A DNA stretch of 31,449 nucleotides from Candidatus Bipolaricaulota bacterium (GTDB taxonomy: Bacteria; Bipolaricaulota; Bipolaricaulia; UBA7950; UBA9294). Each line of letters opens with the position of its first letter. The stretch's first letter is position 1. The DNA lies in NCBI GenBank assembly GCA_020350845.1, contig CP070725.1, positions 388,216 through 419,664 of the forward strand, given 5' to 3'. Both the position numbers and the translations under genes were made by a program. The notes beneath the pieces were generated by a model, which was given only the letters and a program-made list of their open reading frames with translations, was not told the DNA's origin and did not search any database. Positions 1-9,818 of this stretch are shown piece after piece.

Positions 1-1198
1 CCATGCCGACACCGACGACGATCAGCAACGACGTTCCGCCGATGATGAAGGCCCCACGCATGCCGCTGATCGCCGAGAAGACGTACGGCAGTGCAGCAAC
101 CGACGCGAGGAAGACCGCGCCGATGAGGAGGATACGGTTGAGCACGGAACTGATGTAATCCGCTGTCGGTCGCCCCGGGCGAACGCCAGGGATGAAGCCG
201 CCGGACTCGCGGACGTTCTTCGCGACGTCGGTCGGATCGAACACGATCGAGCTGTAGAAGTACGTGAAGAAGAAGATCAGCAAGACGTAGAGGAGCACGT
301 AGACGAGCCTTCCCGGGGCGAGGTACGCCTGCAGGAACGCGAGCGAATCGACCCACTGCGTGAGCGTCAGCGGCAGCGTGAGCAGAGCCGACGCGAAGAT
401 GATCGGGATGACCCCTCCCTGGTTCACGCGGATCGGCAGATGGGACGTGTGCCCGCCGTAGATCCGTCGCCCGGCCGTACGCTTCGCGTACTGGATGGTG
501 ATCTTCCGCTGTCCCTGCTGAATCATCGTGACCGCAGCGACGACCGCGACGAACAGCGCGACAAGCGCGACACCCCAGAACGGACTGACACTTCCGCTCG
601 TGATCTCGAGCACGGTCTCCTGGATCTGAGTCGGGACTCGCGACAGGATGCCGACCATGATGATCATGCTGATGCCGTTCCCGATCCCGTTCTCGGTCAT
701 GCGCTCTCCGAGCCACATGAGGAAGATCGTGCCCGTCGTGAGCGTCACGATCGTCGTAAGGAAGAACCACGGCCCGGCGCTCTCCGCCGCCTGACGGATG
801 AGCATGCTCATCGTCGCCGCCTGCACGATCGCCAACCCCACGGTCGCCCATCGGGTGTACGACGTGATCTTTCGGCGGCCTTCCCGTCCCTGCTGCTGGA
901 GTTCCTTGAGCCGTGGGATGACCGCAGTCAGCAGGCTGAAGATGATCGATGCATTGATGTACGGTGTCACCCCGAGGGCGAACAGCGAGAAGCGGAACAG
1001 CGCCCCGCCGGTGAACATGTTCACGAAGCTGAAGATCCCGCCGCCCTGATCGCGGAAGAGCTGTGCGATCTGCTCGGGATCAACGCCGGGGACCGGAATG
1101 AGCGTCCCGAGGCGTGCGATGATGATCGCGCCGAGGGTGAACAGGATGCGCTTACGAAGCTCCGGAACCCGCCACAGGTGCGCGAAGCGATCCCACAT
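1..1198 (-). CDS. secY: Preprotein translocase subunit SecY (3' end outside the window)
   Basis: Not in the ORF track because it has no stop in the window. Translated by hand from the ATG at 1198: MWDRFAHLWRVPELRKRILFTLG..., with SLFALGVTPYINASII, WLGERMTENGIGNGISMII, HLPIRVNQGGVIPIIFAS and GGFIPGVRPG, all SecY motifs. Follows rplO with a TGATG overlap. Confidence 0.98.
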   Translation of the reverse strand, partial: MWDRFAHLWRVPELRKRILFTLGAIIIARLGTLIPVPGVDPEQIAQLFRDQGGGIFSFVNMFTGGALFRFSLFALGVTPYINASIIFSLLTAVIPRLKELQQQGREGRRKITSYTRWATVGLAIVQAATMSMLIRQAAESAGPWFFLTTIVTLTTGTIFLMWLGERMTENGIGNGISMIIMVGILSRVPTQIQETVLEITSGSVSPFWGVALVALFVAVVAAVTMIQQGQRKITIQYAKRTAGRRIYGGHTSHLPIRVNQGGVIPIIFASALLTLPLTLTQWVDSLAFLQAYLAPGRLVYVLLYVLLIFFFTYFYSSIVFDPTDVAKNVRESGGFIPGVRPGRPTADYISSVLNRILLIGAVFLASVAALPYVFSAISGMRGAFIIGGTSLLIVVGVGM

Positions 1199-1647
1199 CA
1201 GCCCACCGCCTCCGCAGTCCCCCCGGCCTCCTCGATCTTGCGCCGCGCCTCGGCGGTGAAGCGATCGGCGCGAACGGTCAGCGGCTTCGTCAGTTCGCCG
1301 CGGCCGAGCACCTTCAGACGCGAGACGCGCCCCTTGACGATCCGCAGGGCGCGCAGCCGGTCGAGATCGACCTCGGAGCCGTTCTCGAATCGCTCCTCGA
1401 GGACGTCGACATTCACGCACGCATACTCGACCCGCCCAGGGTTCTTGAAGCCGCGCTTGGGAAAGCGCATCCAGATCGGTGTCTGGCCTCCCTCGAAGCC
1501 GATGCGCACGCCGCCGCCGCTGCGGGAGTTCTGGCCCTTGGTCCCGCGGCCGCTCTCGTGGCCCCCGTGTCCCGAGCCGTAGCCTCGGCCGACGCGCTTA
1601 CGGCGCCGGACGCTGCCTTTGGCCGGTCGCAGATCCTCAATCCTCAT
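1198..1647 (-). CDS. rplO: 50S ribosomal protein L15
   Basis: [12 protein letters not shown]...RVGRGYGSGHGG...GRGTKGQNSRSGG...GFEGGQTP. Start reassigned to the ATG at 1647 (ORF track extends to 1701). Confidence 0.98.
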   Translation of the reverse strand: MRIEDLRPAKGSVRRRKRVGRGYGSGHGGHESGRGTKGQNSRSGGGVRIGFEGGQTPIWMRFPKRGFKNPGRVEYACVNVDVLEERFENGSEVDLDRLRALRIVKGRVSRLKVLGRGELTKPLTVRADRFTAEARRKIEEAGGTAEAVG

Positions 1648-2149
1648 GAGCCGTCTCCTCCTCCGCGACAGGCTCCTTCCACGTCGCGGAGCGCGTCGCA
1701 AGGACCTGCTGTTCGCTGCGCAGCCGCGCCAGTCCTTCGACCGCGGCGCGAGAGAGCGTCAACGGATTCGTCGTTCCGATCGACTTCGTGAGCACATCGC
1801 TGATTCCCGCAAGCCGGCAGATAGCACCTACGGTCGTTCCCGCGATGATCCCCGTGCCCGGGTAGGCGGGCTTGAGAAGCACGCGACCGGCCTTGAACCT
1901 GCCGACCGTCTCGTGAGGGATCGTCCCGTCCACTCGCTCGACGGTAACGATGTGCTTCTTCGCGTCGCGCATCGCCTGCTGGATCGCCCGCGGGATCTCG
2001 TTCGTGGTCCCCACGCCGACGCCTACGGTCCCGTTGCGATCCCCGATGACCATCGTCACGCGGAACCGCAGGTTGCGGCCGCCCTTGGTCACCTTGCTCA
2101 CACGTCGGATATCGATGATCTCATTCTCGAATTCGTCGACTGGCGTCAA
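1637..2149 (-). CDS. rpsE: 30S ribosomal protein S5
   Basis: [15 protein letters not shown] and [14 protein letters not shown] motifs. Probable TTG start at 2149 overlapping the rplR stop (TTGA), with GGAGGG upstream; the ORF track start at 2173 is an alternative. Confidence 0.97.
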   Translation of the reverse strand: MTPVDEFENEIIDIRRVSKVTKGGRNLRFRVTMVIGDRNGTVGVGVGTTNEIPRAIQQAMRDAKKHIVTVERVDGTIPHETVGRFKAGRVLLKPAYPGTGIIAGTTVGAICRLAGISDVLTKSIGTTNPLTLSRAAVEGLARLRSEQQVLATRSATWKEPVAEEETAHED

Positions 2150-2508
2150 AAGCGCAACCCTCCCTCGCGACAAGCGTCTGCCAACGCAGCGACCACGCCG
2201 TGATAGGGGTAGCCCCCGCGGTCGAACACGGCGTGCTCGATCCCCTTCTCCGCAGCACGCGCCGCAATCAGTGCCCCGACCTTTCCCGCGGCGTCGACAT
2301 TGCGTCCGTGCACGTCACCGCGAACCGCTGGATCGAGCGTCGACGCCGTCACGAGCACACGTCCCGCTTGGTCGTCCACGAGCTGCGCATACACGTGACG
2401 CAGGCTCTTGCGAACGCAGAGTCGGGGGCGCTCCGCGGTGCCGGTGACTCTCTTGCGCACCCGCAGATGCCGCTTCCTGCGCTCTGCCCGTCGATCGACT
2501 CGTGCCAT
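2146..2508 (-). CDS. rplR: 50S ribosomal protein L18
   Basis: [24 protein letters not shown] and [11 protein letters not shown]; spc operon position. Confidence 0.98.
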   Translation of the reverse strand: MARVDRRAERRKRHLRVRKRVTGTAERPRLCVRKSLRHVYAQLVDDQAGRVLVTASTLDPAVRGDVHGRNVDAAGKVGALIAARAAEKGIEHAVFDRGGYPYHGVVAALADACREGGLRF

Positions 2509-2522
2509 GATCCTTACTCCCC

Positions 2523-3074
2523 TTACTCGGCCGTGGCACCGCCAAGCTTCCCGGCCTTCTGGATGACCTGTTCGTCCTGGTAGCGGATCCCTTTGCCGCT
2601 GTAGACGATCGGCTTGCGGAAGGCGCGGATCGTGGCCGCCACGTGCCCGACCTGCTGCTTGTCAATCCCGCGAACGATGATCTCGTTCGGATTGGGAACC
2701 TCGACCTCGATCCCGTCAGGAACCGTGTATTCGACCGGATTCGAGTACCCAAGATCGAGGATGAGTTCACTGCCCTGAAGGCGAGCACGATAGCCGAGCC
2801 CGCGAACGAGGAGCGTCTTCTCCCACTTCGCCGACACCCCGTGCACCATGTTCGCGAGCAGGCTCCGATACAGTCCGTGAAACGCCCGATGCCGCTTCCC
2901 GTCACCGCGGCGAGAGACGACCGCAACGCCGTCCTCGACGCTGATCTCGATCAGATCGGGGCGGTACGTCTGCGTCAGGCGCCCGTGGGCGCCGGCGACG
3001 ACGAACGCCTCCCGGCCGACTTCGATCGTCACACCCTCAGGGATCGCGACCGGAACCTTTCCTACCTTGGACAT
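2523..3074 (-). CDS. rplF: 50S ribosomal protein L6
   Basis: [45 protein letters not shown]. Confidence 0.98.
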   Translation of the reverse strand: MSKVGKVPVAIPEGVTIEVGREAFVVAGAHGRLTQTYRPDLIEISVEDGVAVVSRRGDGKRHRAFHGLYRSLLANMVHGVSAKWEKTLLVRGLGYRARLQGSELILDLGYSNPVEYTVPDGIEVEVPNPNEIIVRGIDKQQVGHVAATIRAFRKPIVYSGKGIRYQDEQVIQKAGKLGGATAE

Positions 3075-3085
3075 GCTCGACCTTC

Positions 3086-3490
3086 CTATGCCACCTGACA
3101 GAGAACCTCGCCGCCGATGCCGCGCTCCCGCGCCTCATGGCCGGCGAGCACACCTTCCGACGTCGACAGGATGCACAGACCCATCCCCCCGAGGGGCTTG
3201 GGAATGCGATCCTTTCCGACGTACACACGGCGACTCGGCTTGCTGATCACGCGAATCTCCCGGATCGCGCGCTCACGCCTCGACCGCTCACCTCGATACT
3301 TGAGGCGAATGCGCAGCGTGGGACCCGGATTCCCTGCCTCCACGTCGTACCCGAGGATGTAGCCCTCCTGCTCGAGGATCTTGGCCACGGCCTCCTTCAT
3401 GTTCGAGTGCGGCATGGCGACATCCGCGTGGAGCTTGGCATTCGCGTTGCGGATGCGCGTCAGCATGTCAGCAATGGGGTTCGATATCAT
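3086..3490 (-). CDS. rpsH: 30S ribosomal protein S8
   Basis: MISNPIADMLTRIRNA, SKPSRRVY, ILSTSEGV. Start reassigned to the ATG at 3490. Confidence 0.98.
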   Translation of the reverse strand: MISNPIADMLTRIRNANAKLHADVAMPHSNMKEAVAKILEQEGYILGYDVEAGNPGPTLRIRLKYRGERSRRERAIREIRVISKPSRRVYVGKDRIPKPLGGMGLCILSTSEGVLAGHEARERGIGGEVLCQVA

Positions 3491-3498
3491 CTCAGCAC

Positions 3499-3684
3499 CT
3501 ACCAGCTGGCCTTCTTCATCCCCGGGATCTGTCCCGCGTGCGCGAGCTTGCGGAAGCATAGCCGGCAGATCCCGAAATCTCGAATCACCGCGTGGGGTCT
3601 GCCACAGAGCCCACAGCGGCGGACCCTGCGCACGCTGAACTTCGGCTCTCGCTGGCTGCGTACGACCAAGCCTTTCTTCGCCAT
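3499..3684 (-). CDS. rpsN: 30S ribosomal protein S14, short zinc-binding (C+) type
   Basis: 61 aa with CGLCGRPH...CRLCFR (two CxxC) and the [10 protein letters not shown]-terminus. Confidence 0.98.
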   Translation of the reverse strand: MAKKGLVVRSQREPKFSVRRVRRCGLCGRPHAVIRDFGICRLCFRKLAHAGQIPGMKKASW

Positions 3685-3692
3685 TGCTCCCC

Positions 3693-4223
3693 CTAGTCCT
3701 TGAACGGGACGCCGAGCGCCTTGAGCAGGGCGTATCCCTCTTGGTCGGTCCGTGCCGACGTCACGATCGTGATGTCCATGCCCTGGGTCGCTGCCGTCTC
3801 GTCGTAGGAGACCTCCGGGAAGGAGAGCTGCTCGGCAAGACCCAGCGTGTAGTTGCCTCGTCCGTCGAACGATCCCGCGGACAGGCCGCGGAAATCTCGG
3901 ATCCCGGGCAGGACCACGTTGACGAGCTTGTACAGAAACTCGTAGGCGCGGTCGCGGCGCAGCGTCACCTTGCAGCCGATCGGCTCTCCCTTCGTCAACT
4001 TGAAGTCGGAGATCGACTGCCGCGCCTTGGTGATGATCGGGCGCTGGCCGGTCATGCGTGCGAGGTTCGCCGCGGCACCCTCGAGGATCTTGGGATTGTC
4101 CTTCTCCTTGACCCCCATATTGACGACGATCTTCTTGAGACGCGGGACCTGCATCACGTTGTCCAAGCCGAGCTCCTTCCGGATGGCCGGCACCAACTCT
4201 GTCAAGAACCTCTCGCGCTCCAT
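3693..4223 (-). CDS. rplE: 50S ribosomal protein L5
   Basis: [52 protein letters not shown]. Start at the ATG at 4223, 2 nt after the rplX stop. Confidence 0.98.
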   Translation of the reverse strand: MERERFLTELVPAIRKELGLDNVMQVPRLKKIVVNMGVKEKDNPKILEGAAANLARMTGQRPIITKARQSISDFKLTKGEPIGCKVTLRRDRAYEFLYKLVNVVLPGIRDFRGLSAGSFDGRGNYTLGLAEQLSFPEVSYDETAATQGMDITIVTSARTDQEGYALLKALGVPFKD

Positions 4224-4225
4224 GG

Positions 4226-4537
4226 CTACCTGAAGATCTCCCCGCACTTCTTGCATCGACGCATCTTCACGCCGTCTACGATGCTGAACCCGACGCGCGT
4301 CGGGACATCGCACTCCGGACAGATCGGGAGGACGTTGGAGATGTGGATCGTCCCCTCGCGCTTGATGATCCCCGGCTCGCGGAGGGTCTGCGTCGCCCGT
4401 TGATGCTTGGTGATCATGTTGATGTTCTCGACGATCACGCGATCTCGCTCGGGGTAGACGACCATGACCTTGCCCGTCTTCCCGCGGTCGTTCCCCGCGA
4501 TGACCTTGACGCGGTCTCCCTTACGGATCTTGTGCAT
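4226..4537 (-). CDS. rplX: 50S ribosomal protein L24
   Basis: [19 protein letters not shown] (KOW motif) and IHISNV. Confidence 0.98.
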   Translation of the reverse strand: MHKIRKGDRVKVIAGNDRGKTGKVMVVYPERDRVIVENINMITKHQRATQTLREPGIIKREGTIHISNVLPICPECDVPTRVGFSIVDGVKMRRCKKCGEIFR

Positions 4538-4550
4538 TCTTCACCCCGTC

Positions 4551-4919
4551 CTAGAGCACCTCGGGAGCGAGCGAGATGATGCGCAGCATCTTGCGATCAC
4601 GCAACTCTCGTGCCACCGGTCCGAAGACGCGCGTGCCCATCGGCTCGCCTTGCGCGTTGAGGAGGACGATCGCGTTGTCGTCGAACCGGATGTAGGTCCC
4701 GTCCTTCCTGCGGTACGCGCTTCGCGTGCGCACAATGACTCCACGCACGATTTGCCCCTTCTCGATATCGCTCGTCGGGAGGCGCCTGCGCACCGACCCC
4801 ACGATGATGTCCCCGATCTCACCGGTCCGACGATTCGACGGCCCGAGGACGTTGATACAGCGAACGAGCTTCGCCCCCGAGTTGTCGGCGACCCGTAGCA
4901 TCGATTGCATCTGGATCAT
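4551..4919 (-). CDS. rplN: 50S ribosomal protein L14
   Basis: [46 protein letters not shown]. Start at the ATG at 4919. Confidence 0.99.
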   Translation of the reverse strand: MIQMQSMLRVADNSGAKLVRCINVLGPSNRRTGEIGDIIVGSVRRRLPTSDIEKGQIVRGVIVRTRSAYRRKDGTYIRFDDNAIVLLNAQGEPMGTRVFGPVARELRDRKMLRIISLAPEVL

Positions 4920-4921
4920 CG

Positions 4922-5167
4922 TCAGACCTCGGCCTTCTCCAGGATCTCCACCAACCGCCAGCGCTTGCGGCTGCTGAGCGGACGACACTCTACGATCCGC
5001 ACGAGATCGCCCACCGCGGCCTCGTCCGCCGGATCGTGCACGTGGAACTTGAAATGCCGCCTGATGTACTTGCGGTAGAGCGGGTGGAGGCGTCGCTCCT
5101 CGACGCGAATCACGATGGTCTTCGCCATCTTGTCGCTGATCACACGCCCGATCTTCTCTTTCTTCAT
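4922..5167 (-). CDS. rpsQ: 30S ribosomal protein S17
   Basis: [35 protein letters not shown]. Start at the ATG at 5167 (ATGA overlap with rpmC). Confidence 0.98.
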   Translation of the reverse strand: MKKEKIGRVISDKMAKTIVIRVEERRLHPLYRKYIRRHFKFHVHDPADEAAVGDLVRIVECRPLSSRKRWRLVEILEKAEV

Positions 5168-5364
5168 GTCGAGGACCCCTGTCGCCGCTCCCTGGCTACG
5201 GTCATGACGCGCGCGATATCGCGGCGTGTCTTGACGAGTTCTGCGGTGTTGTCCAGCTCGCCAGTCGCCCGCTGGAACCGAAGATTGAACAGCTTGCGCT
5301 TCAGTTCCTGTTCCCTCTGCATCAGCTCTTCCACGGGCAGCTCCCGCAGCTCGTCCGCCTTCAT
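5164..5364 (-). CDS. rpmC: 50S ribosomal protein L29
   Basis: MKADELREL...[13 protein letters not shown]...RRDIARVMT. Confidence 0.98.
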   Translation of the reverse strand: MKADELRELPVEELMQREQELKRKLFNLRFQRATGELDNTAELVKTRRDIARVMTVARERRQGSST

Positions 5365-5792
5365 GCCTCTCCTCCAAGGACCGTCTTCCGCTTCAGTCGC
5401 GTGGGAATGGGGAGCTTGTGGCTCACCAACTCGTGAACCCGCTTCGCCTCCCGTTCGCCGATCCCCGCGATCTCGAACAGGATGCGGCCGGGACGAACGA
5501 CGGCGACCCAGTGGTCGACAGGACCCTTGCCCTTCCCCATCCGCGCCTCCGCGGGGTGTTTCGTGATCGGCTTATCGGGGAAGACACGAATCCAGATCTT
5601 CGAGTCACGATGCGTCTGGCGAGTGATGGTCGTTCGACACGACTCGATCTGCTGTCCGGTGATCCACGCCGGGGCCAGCGCCTGGATGCCATACTCGCCG
5701 AATGTGACTTCGTTGCCGCGGGTGGCCTTGCCCGTCATCCGCCCGCGATGCATCTTGCGGTGTTTCGTCCTCTTGGGGAAGAGCAGCGCCAT
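5361..5792 (-). CDS. rplP: 50S ribosomal protein L16
   Basis: [40 protein letters not shown]. Confidence 0.99.
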   Translation of the reverse strand: MALLFPKRTKHRKMHRGRMTGKATRGNEVTFGEYGIQALAPAWITGQQIESCRTTITRQTHRDSKIWIRVFPDKPITKHPAEARMGKGKGPVDHWVAVVRPGRILFEIAGIGEREAKRVHELVSHKLPIPTRLKRKTVLGGEA

Positions 5793-5794
5793 CG

Positions 5795-6448
5795 CTAACC
5801 CACCTCGTCCCTTCGAAGGCGTCGCGACCGCTCACCACGAAAGACCCATGCCTTCACACCGATGTTTCCGTACTTCGTTCGTGCTTCCGTGAAGCCGTAG
5901 TCGATGTCCGCACGGATCGTCTGGAGAGGAACGCGACCCTCTCTCATCGTGATCGAGCGTGCGATCTCCGCGCCGCCGAGGCGCCCCGAGACCTTGATCT
6001 TCACGCCCTCTGCGCCCGCGCCCATCACGCGACGCATGACCTCTTTCATCGCCCGCGCCGGGGCGAAGCGGTTCTCGATCTGGCGCGCGACGTCCTGTGC
6101 GACGAGCGTCGCCTCGAGGTCGGGGCGATCGACTTCCTGGATCGAGACCTTCACCGATCGTCCCGTCATCGCCTCGAGGTCCGCCTGCAGTCGCTCGATC
6201 TCGCTTCCTCCACGGCCGATGATGATCCCCGGGCGCGCTGATCGGACGACGATCGACACGCGGTCCTCTTTGGAGCGCTCGATGTTCACCTCGGCCACGG
6301 CCGCCCCACGGTAGCGCTCGACGATTAGGTCGCGGATGTGCTTGTCTTCGACGATGTACGTCGGCGCGAGCTTCGGGTTGTACCAATTGGAAACCCACTT
6401 GCGAGTCACGCCGACGCGAAAGCCGACCGGATTGATCTTCTGTCCCAT
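5795..6448 (-). CDS. rpsC: 30S ribosomal protein S3
   Basis: MGQKINPVGFRVG, ARPGIIIGRGG, SGRLGGAEIAR, GRVPLQTIRADIDY. Confidence 0.99.
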   Translation of the reverse strand: MGQKINPVGFRVGVTRKWVSNWYNPKLAPTYIVEDKHIRDLIVERYRGAAVAEVNIERSKEDRVSIVVRSARPGIIIGRGGSEIERLQADLEAMTGRSVKVSIQEVDRPDLEATLVAQDVARQIENRFAPARAMKEVMRRVMGAGAEGVKIKVSGRLGGAEIARSITMREGRVPLQTIRADIDYGFTEARTKYGNIGVKAWVFRGERSRRLRRDEVG

Positions 6449-6453
6449 AGCTC

Positions 6454-6792
6454 TCAGTCCCTTTCGGCGACGACGATGGTGATATGGCTCGACGGCCGAC
6501 GGAAAATGTCTGCGCGCCCCATCGCCCGCGGCTTCAGCCGTCGGAAGGCTCGTCCCATGTCCACTGTCGCCACGGCGACGTACAGACGATCCACATCCAC
6601 ATCGAAGTTGTTCTCGGCGTTGGCGATCGCCGACTCGAGGGTCTTCCGGATCGGTGTTGCTGCCTTCCGCTTGGAGAGCGTCACCAGGCGAAGTGCCTCA
6701 CTGACGTCCTTCCCGCGGATGGCATCGATCACCAACCGTGCCTTGATCGGAGAGACCCGTACGTATCGTGAGATCGCGCGTGCTTCCACCAT
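6454..6792 (-). CDS. rplV: 50S ribosomal protein L22
   Basis: RVSPIKARLVIDAIRG, SAIANAENN, PRAMGRA, SHITIVV. Confidence 0.99.
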   Translation of the reverse strand: MVEARAISRYVRVSPIKARLVIDAIRGKDVSEALRLVTLSKRKAATPIRKTLESAIANAENNFDVDVDRLYVAVATVDMGRAFRRLKPRAMGRADIFRRPSSHITIVVAERD

Positions 6793-6799
6793 GGCTCCT

Positions 6800-7084
6800 C
6801 TATGTCAAACTGGGGGCGCGCTTCTTCTTCATCCCGCCGTGCGAACGGAAGGTCCGCGTCGGCGCGAACTCGCCCAACTTGTGTCCTACCATGTTCTCGA
6901 CGATGTAGACGGGGATGTGGACCTTGCCGTTGTGGACCTTGATCGTCAGCCCCACCATGTCAGGAGTGATCATCGAAGACCTTGCCCAGGTCTTGATCTC
7001 CTTGAGGTCCCCGCGTCGTGCCTTGGCCACCTTCTGCACCAGGCTGTCCTTGACGTACGGTCCCTTCTTCGTCGATCTTGGCAT
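6800..7084 (-). CDS. rpsS: 30S ribosomal protein S19
   Basis: [37 protein letters not shown]. Confidence 0.99.
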   Translation of the reverse strand: MPRSTKKGPYVKDSLVQKVAKARRGDLKEIKTWARSSMITPDMVGLTIKVHNGKVHIPVYIVENMVGHKLGEFAPTRTFRSHGGMKKKRAPSLT

Positions 7085-7093
7085 CCGCTCTCC

Positions 7094-7930
7094 TTAGCGC
7101 CTTCCCTTGCCCGCGCGACGGACGATCAGCGCGCTGCTCGCCTTGCGCTTGTTGCGCGTCCGTCCGCCCTTGGCGAGCTTCCCCGTGGGCGACACCTGTG
7201 GGCGCCCCACGCGGGCACGACCCTCACCGCCCCCATGAGGGTGATCGACGGGGTTCATCGCCACGCCACGGACCCTCGGCTTGCGGCCCAGATGACGCAC
7301 CCTCCCCGCCTTGCCGTGCTTGATGTTCTTGTGATCGGGATTCGATACCTCGCCGATCGTTGCCACGCACTCCGTGCTGAAGATCCGTACCTCGCCCGAC
7401 GGCAGGCGCACGTGCGCGCGGTCGCCTTCCTTACCGATGAGCTTCGCCGATGTCCCCGCGGAGCGGGCGACCTTCCCTCCGCTTCCGGGGGAGAGCTCGA
7501 GATTGTGAACGACCGCACCGACGGGGACACGCCGTAGCGGCAGCGCATTCCCGACGCGAATCTCGGCGCCCTCGCCGGCCTCCACCCGAGACCCGATCTC
7601 GAGCTCGAGCGGGGCAAGGATGTACCGCTTCTCGCCGTCGCTGTAGTTGAGTAGGGTGATCCACGCGGAGCGATTGGGATCGTACTCGCGCGTCATGACC
7701 GTCGCCGGGATGCCCACCTTGTCCCGGGAAAAGTCGATCAGGCGGTAGCGCCGCTTGTGGCCTCCGCCTCGCCATCGACACGTCGTGCGCCCCTGGCTGT
7801 TGCGGCCACCGGTCTTCTTGATCGGGCGCAACAGGGAGCGCTCCGGCGCGCATCGTGTGAGCTCGGAGAAGTCGGGCAGATCGGCGTGCCGTCGCCCGGG
7901 AGACGTCGCCTTGAATCGTTTCGTCGCCAT
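7094..7930 (-). CDS. rplB: 50S ribosomal protein L2
   Basis: [42 protein letters not shown]. Start at the ATG at 7930. Confidence 0.99.
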   Translation of the reverse strand: MATKRFKATSPGRRHADLPDFSELTRCAPERSLLRPIKKTGGRNSQGRTTCRWRGGGHKRRYRLIDFSRDKVGIPATVMTREYDPNRSAWITLLNYSDGEKRYILAPLELEIGSRVEAGEGAEIRVGNALPLRRVPVGAVVHNLELSPGSGGKVARSAGTSAKLIGKEGDRAHVRLPSGEVRIFSTECVATIGEVSNPDHKNIKHGKAGRVRHLGRKPRVRGVAMNPVDHPHGGGEGRARVGRPQVSPTGKLAKGGRTRNKRKASSALIVRRAGKGRR

Positions 7931-7937
7931 CAGTCCC

Positions 7938-8237
7938 CTAGCCTCCCACGATGTTGATGCGATCGCCTTCCGCAAGACGGACGACCGCCTTGCGCCATCG
8001 AGACGTCCTGCCGTGGAGCTGGTTCAGCCGATCTCGTCTCGGCTTCCCCTTTCTGTTAGCGGTCCACACCTTGACGACATGGACGTCGAACAGCTCCTCG
8101 ACCGCCTTCCGAATCTGCACCTTGTTGGCACCCAGGGCGACGCGGAACGCGTACTTCCCCTCTTCCATCCGAGCCCAGGTCTCTTCCGTGAGGATCGGCT
8201 CGAGGATGACATCTTCTGCGTGCATGAGCTTGGCCAT
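7938..8237 (-). CDS. rplW: 50S ribosomal protein L23
   Basis: YAFRV...[18 protein letters not shown] and WRKAVVRL; S10 operon position. Confidence 0.97.
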   Translation of the reverse strand: MAKLMHAEDVILEPILTEETWARMEEGKYAFRVALGANKVQIRKAVEELFDVHVVKVWTANRKGKPRRDRLNQLHGRTSRWRKAVVRLAEGDRINIVGG

Positions 8238-8240
8238 CGA

Positions 8241-8867
8241 CTACACCCTCTCCCCGAGTTCCGCCACGGCCGTCTGGGTGACGACCAGCGTCTCGTGACG
8301 GAGTACGTCGTAGGCGTTCAGACCGTCACTGACGACGCAGCTGATCCCCGGAAGATTGCGGAAGGACTTGGTCGTCGCCGGGCTGAACTCATCGCGCCCC
8401 ACGACGAACAGCGCCGTTCCGTCGATCTCCAGTCGCCCGATGAGTGCGATCGCGGCCTTCGTCTTCGGCTCCTCGAAGCTGACGCGATCGAGAAGGATCA
8501 CGCGATCCTCCTGCGCCCGATCCGACAGCGCCGACGTCAGCGCGCGGCGACGCATCTTCTTGGTGAGCTTGAGGTCGTAGTTCCGCGGCCTCGGACCGAA
8601 CGTGATTCCCCCACCGACCCACAGGGGCGATCGCCGCGAGCCGGCGCGCGCGCGGCCGGTGCCCTTCTGACGCCACGGCTTGCGGCCGCCACCGCGGACT
8701 TCCCCACGGGTCTTCGTGGAGGCCGTCCCTCGGCGGCGATTCATGAGCAGCACGCGCACCGCACGATGCATGAGGTCGACGTTGATCTCGCTGTCGAAGA
8801 GACGCGCGTCGAGCTCCGCGGTCGACGAACCGTTACCGTCAAACGCGAACAGCTTCGCCTCAGCCAT
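8241..8867 (-). CDS. rplD: 50S ribosomal protein L4
   Basis: GTASTKTRGEVRGGGRKPWRQKGTGRARAGSRRSPLWVGGG. Confidence 0.99.
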   Translation of the reverse strand: MAEAKLFAFDGNGSSTAELDARLFDSEINVDLMHRAVRVLLMNRRRGTASTKTRGEVRGGGRKPWRQKGTGRARAGSRRSPLWVGGGITFGPRPRNYDLKLTKKMRRRALTSALSDRAQEDRVILLDRVSFEEPKTKAAIALIGRLEIDGTALFVVGRDEFSPATTKSFRNLPGISCVVSDGLNAYDVLRHETLVVTQTAVAELGERV

Positions 8868-9483
8868 CGCGCCTCCTCACCTGAAGCAGCGACCCCTTCG
8901 CCCCAGGGGTCGACCCTTTGAGAACGAGGAGGTTCCGCTCCTCATCGACTCGAAGAACGCGAAGCTTGCGAACCGTCACGCGCACGTCACCCGCGTGTCC
9001 GGGCAGTTTCTTCCCCTTGGTGACGCGCCCCGGCTTCACGCACTGGCCGATCGAGCCCGGTCGACGATGGAAGTGCGAGCCGTGACTCTTCGGCCCGCCG
9101 GCGAAGTTCCAGCGCTTGACGACTCCCTGGAATCCGAGGCCGCGACTGCGCCCGGTGACATCGACCTGGTCCCCTTCCGTGAAGATTCCCACGCCGATCT
9201 CGTCGCCAACGTTGTACTCCTCCGGGTCGTCCACCCGCACCTCGAACAGGTGTCGATGCGGATCGACCCCCGCCTTGGCGTAGTGCCCGAGGAGCGGCTT
9301 GGTGCTCTTGCGCGCATCGATCGGATCCGCGCCCAGCTGGAGCGCGTTGTACCCGTCTCGCTCCGCCGTCCGAATGGCGACGACACGACACGGGCCCGCT
9401 TCGACGACGGTCGCGCCGACGGCCGACGTGTCGACGAACACCTGCGTCATCCCAACCTTGCGCGCAAGGATCCCCAAAGCCAT
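8860..9483 (-). CDS. rplC: 50S ribosomal protein L3
   Basis: KVGMTQVF, DGYNALQLG, GFQGVVKRWNF, HRRPGSIG, LKGSTPG. Confidence 0.99.
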   Translation of the reverse strand: MALGILARKVGMTQVFVDTSAVGATVVEAGPCRVVAIRTAERDGYNALQLGADPIDARKSTKPLLGHYAKAGVDPHRHLFEVRVDDPEEYNVGDEIGVGIFTEGDQVDVTGRSRGLGFQGVVKRWNFAGGPKSHGSHFHRRPGSIGQCVKPGRVTKGKKLPGHAGDVRVTVRKLRVLRVDEERNLLVLKGSTPGAKGSLLQVRRRDG

Positions 9484-9507
9484 CGTGATTCTCCTTCGTG
9501 CGGGGGG

Positions 9508-9816
9508 CTACAGCTTGATCTCGATGTCGATCCCGGTCGGCAGCTCGATGTCCATCAAGGCGTTGATCGTCTCCGACGTCGGCTCCTTGATGTCGAGCAG
9601 CCGCGTGTGAATCCGTCGCTCGAAGTGCTCCATCGAACGCTTGTCGATGTGCGGTGAGCGCAACACCGTATACACACGACGCTGCGTCGGCAGCGGAATC
9701 GGCCCGGCGATCTTCGCCCGGGTCTCCTTCGCGGAATCGACGATCTTCTTCGTCGAGATGTCGACCAGCTCGTGGTCGTAGCCACGCAGCTTGATGCGGA
9801 TCTTTTCCCTTGCCAT
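9508..9816 (-). CDS. rpsJ: 30S ribosomal protein S10
   Basis: KIRIKLRGYDH, GPIPLPT, LRSPHIDKRSMEHFE, HTRLLDI. Confidence 0.99.
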   Translation of the reverse strand: MAREKIRIKLRGYDHELVDISTKKIVDSAKETRAKIAGPIPLPTQRRVYTVLRSPHIDKRSMEHFERRIHTRLLDIKEPTSETINALMDIELPTGIDIEIKL

Positions 9817-9818
9817 CC

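Noticed and set aside
3499-3684. Zinc-binding short S14
   Set aside because: A common C+ variant; not unusual.
1198-7975. N-terminal extensions of L15, S8, L5, L14, S17 and L2 shown in the ORF track
   Set aside because: Artefacts of taking the most upstream start codon. Canonical N-termini begin at downstream starts next to the preceding gene's stop.
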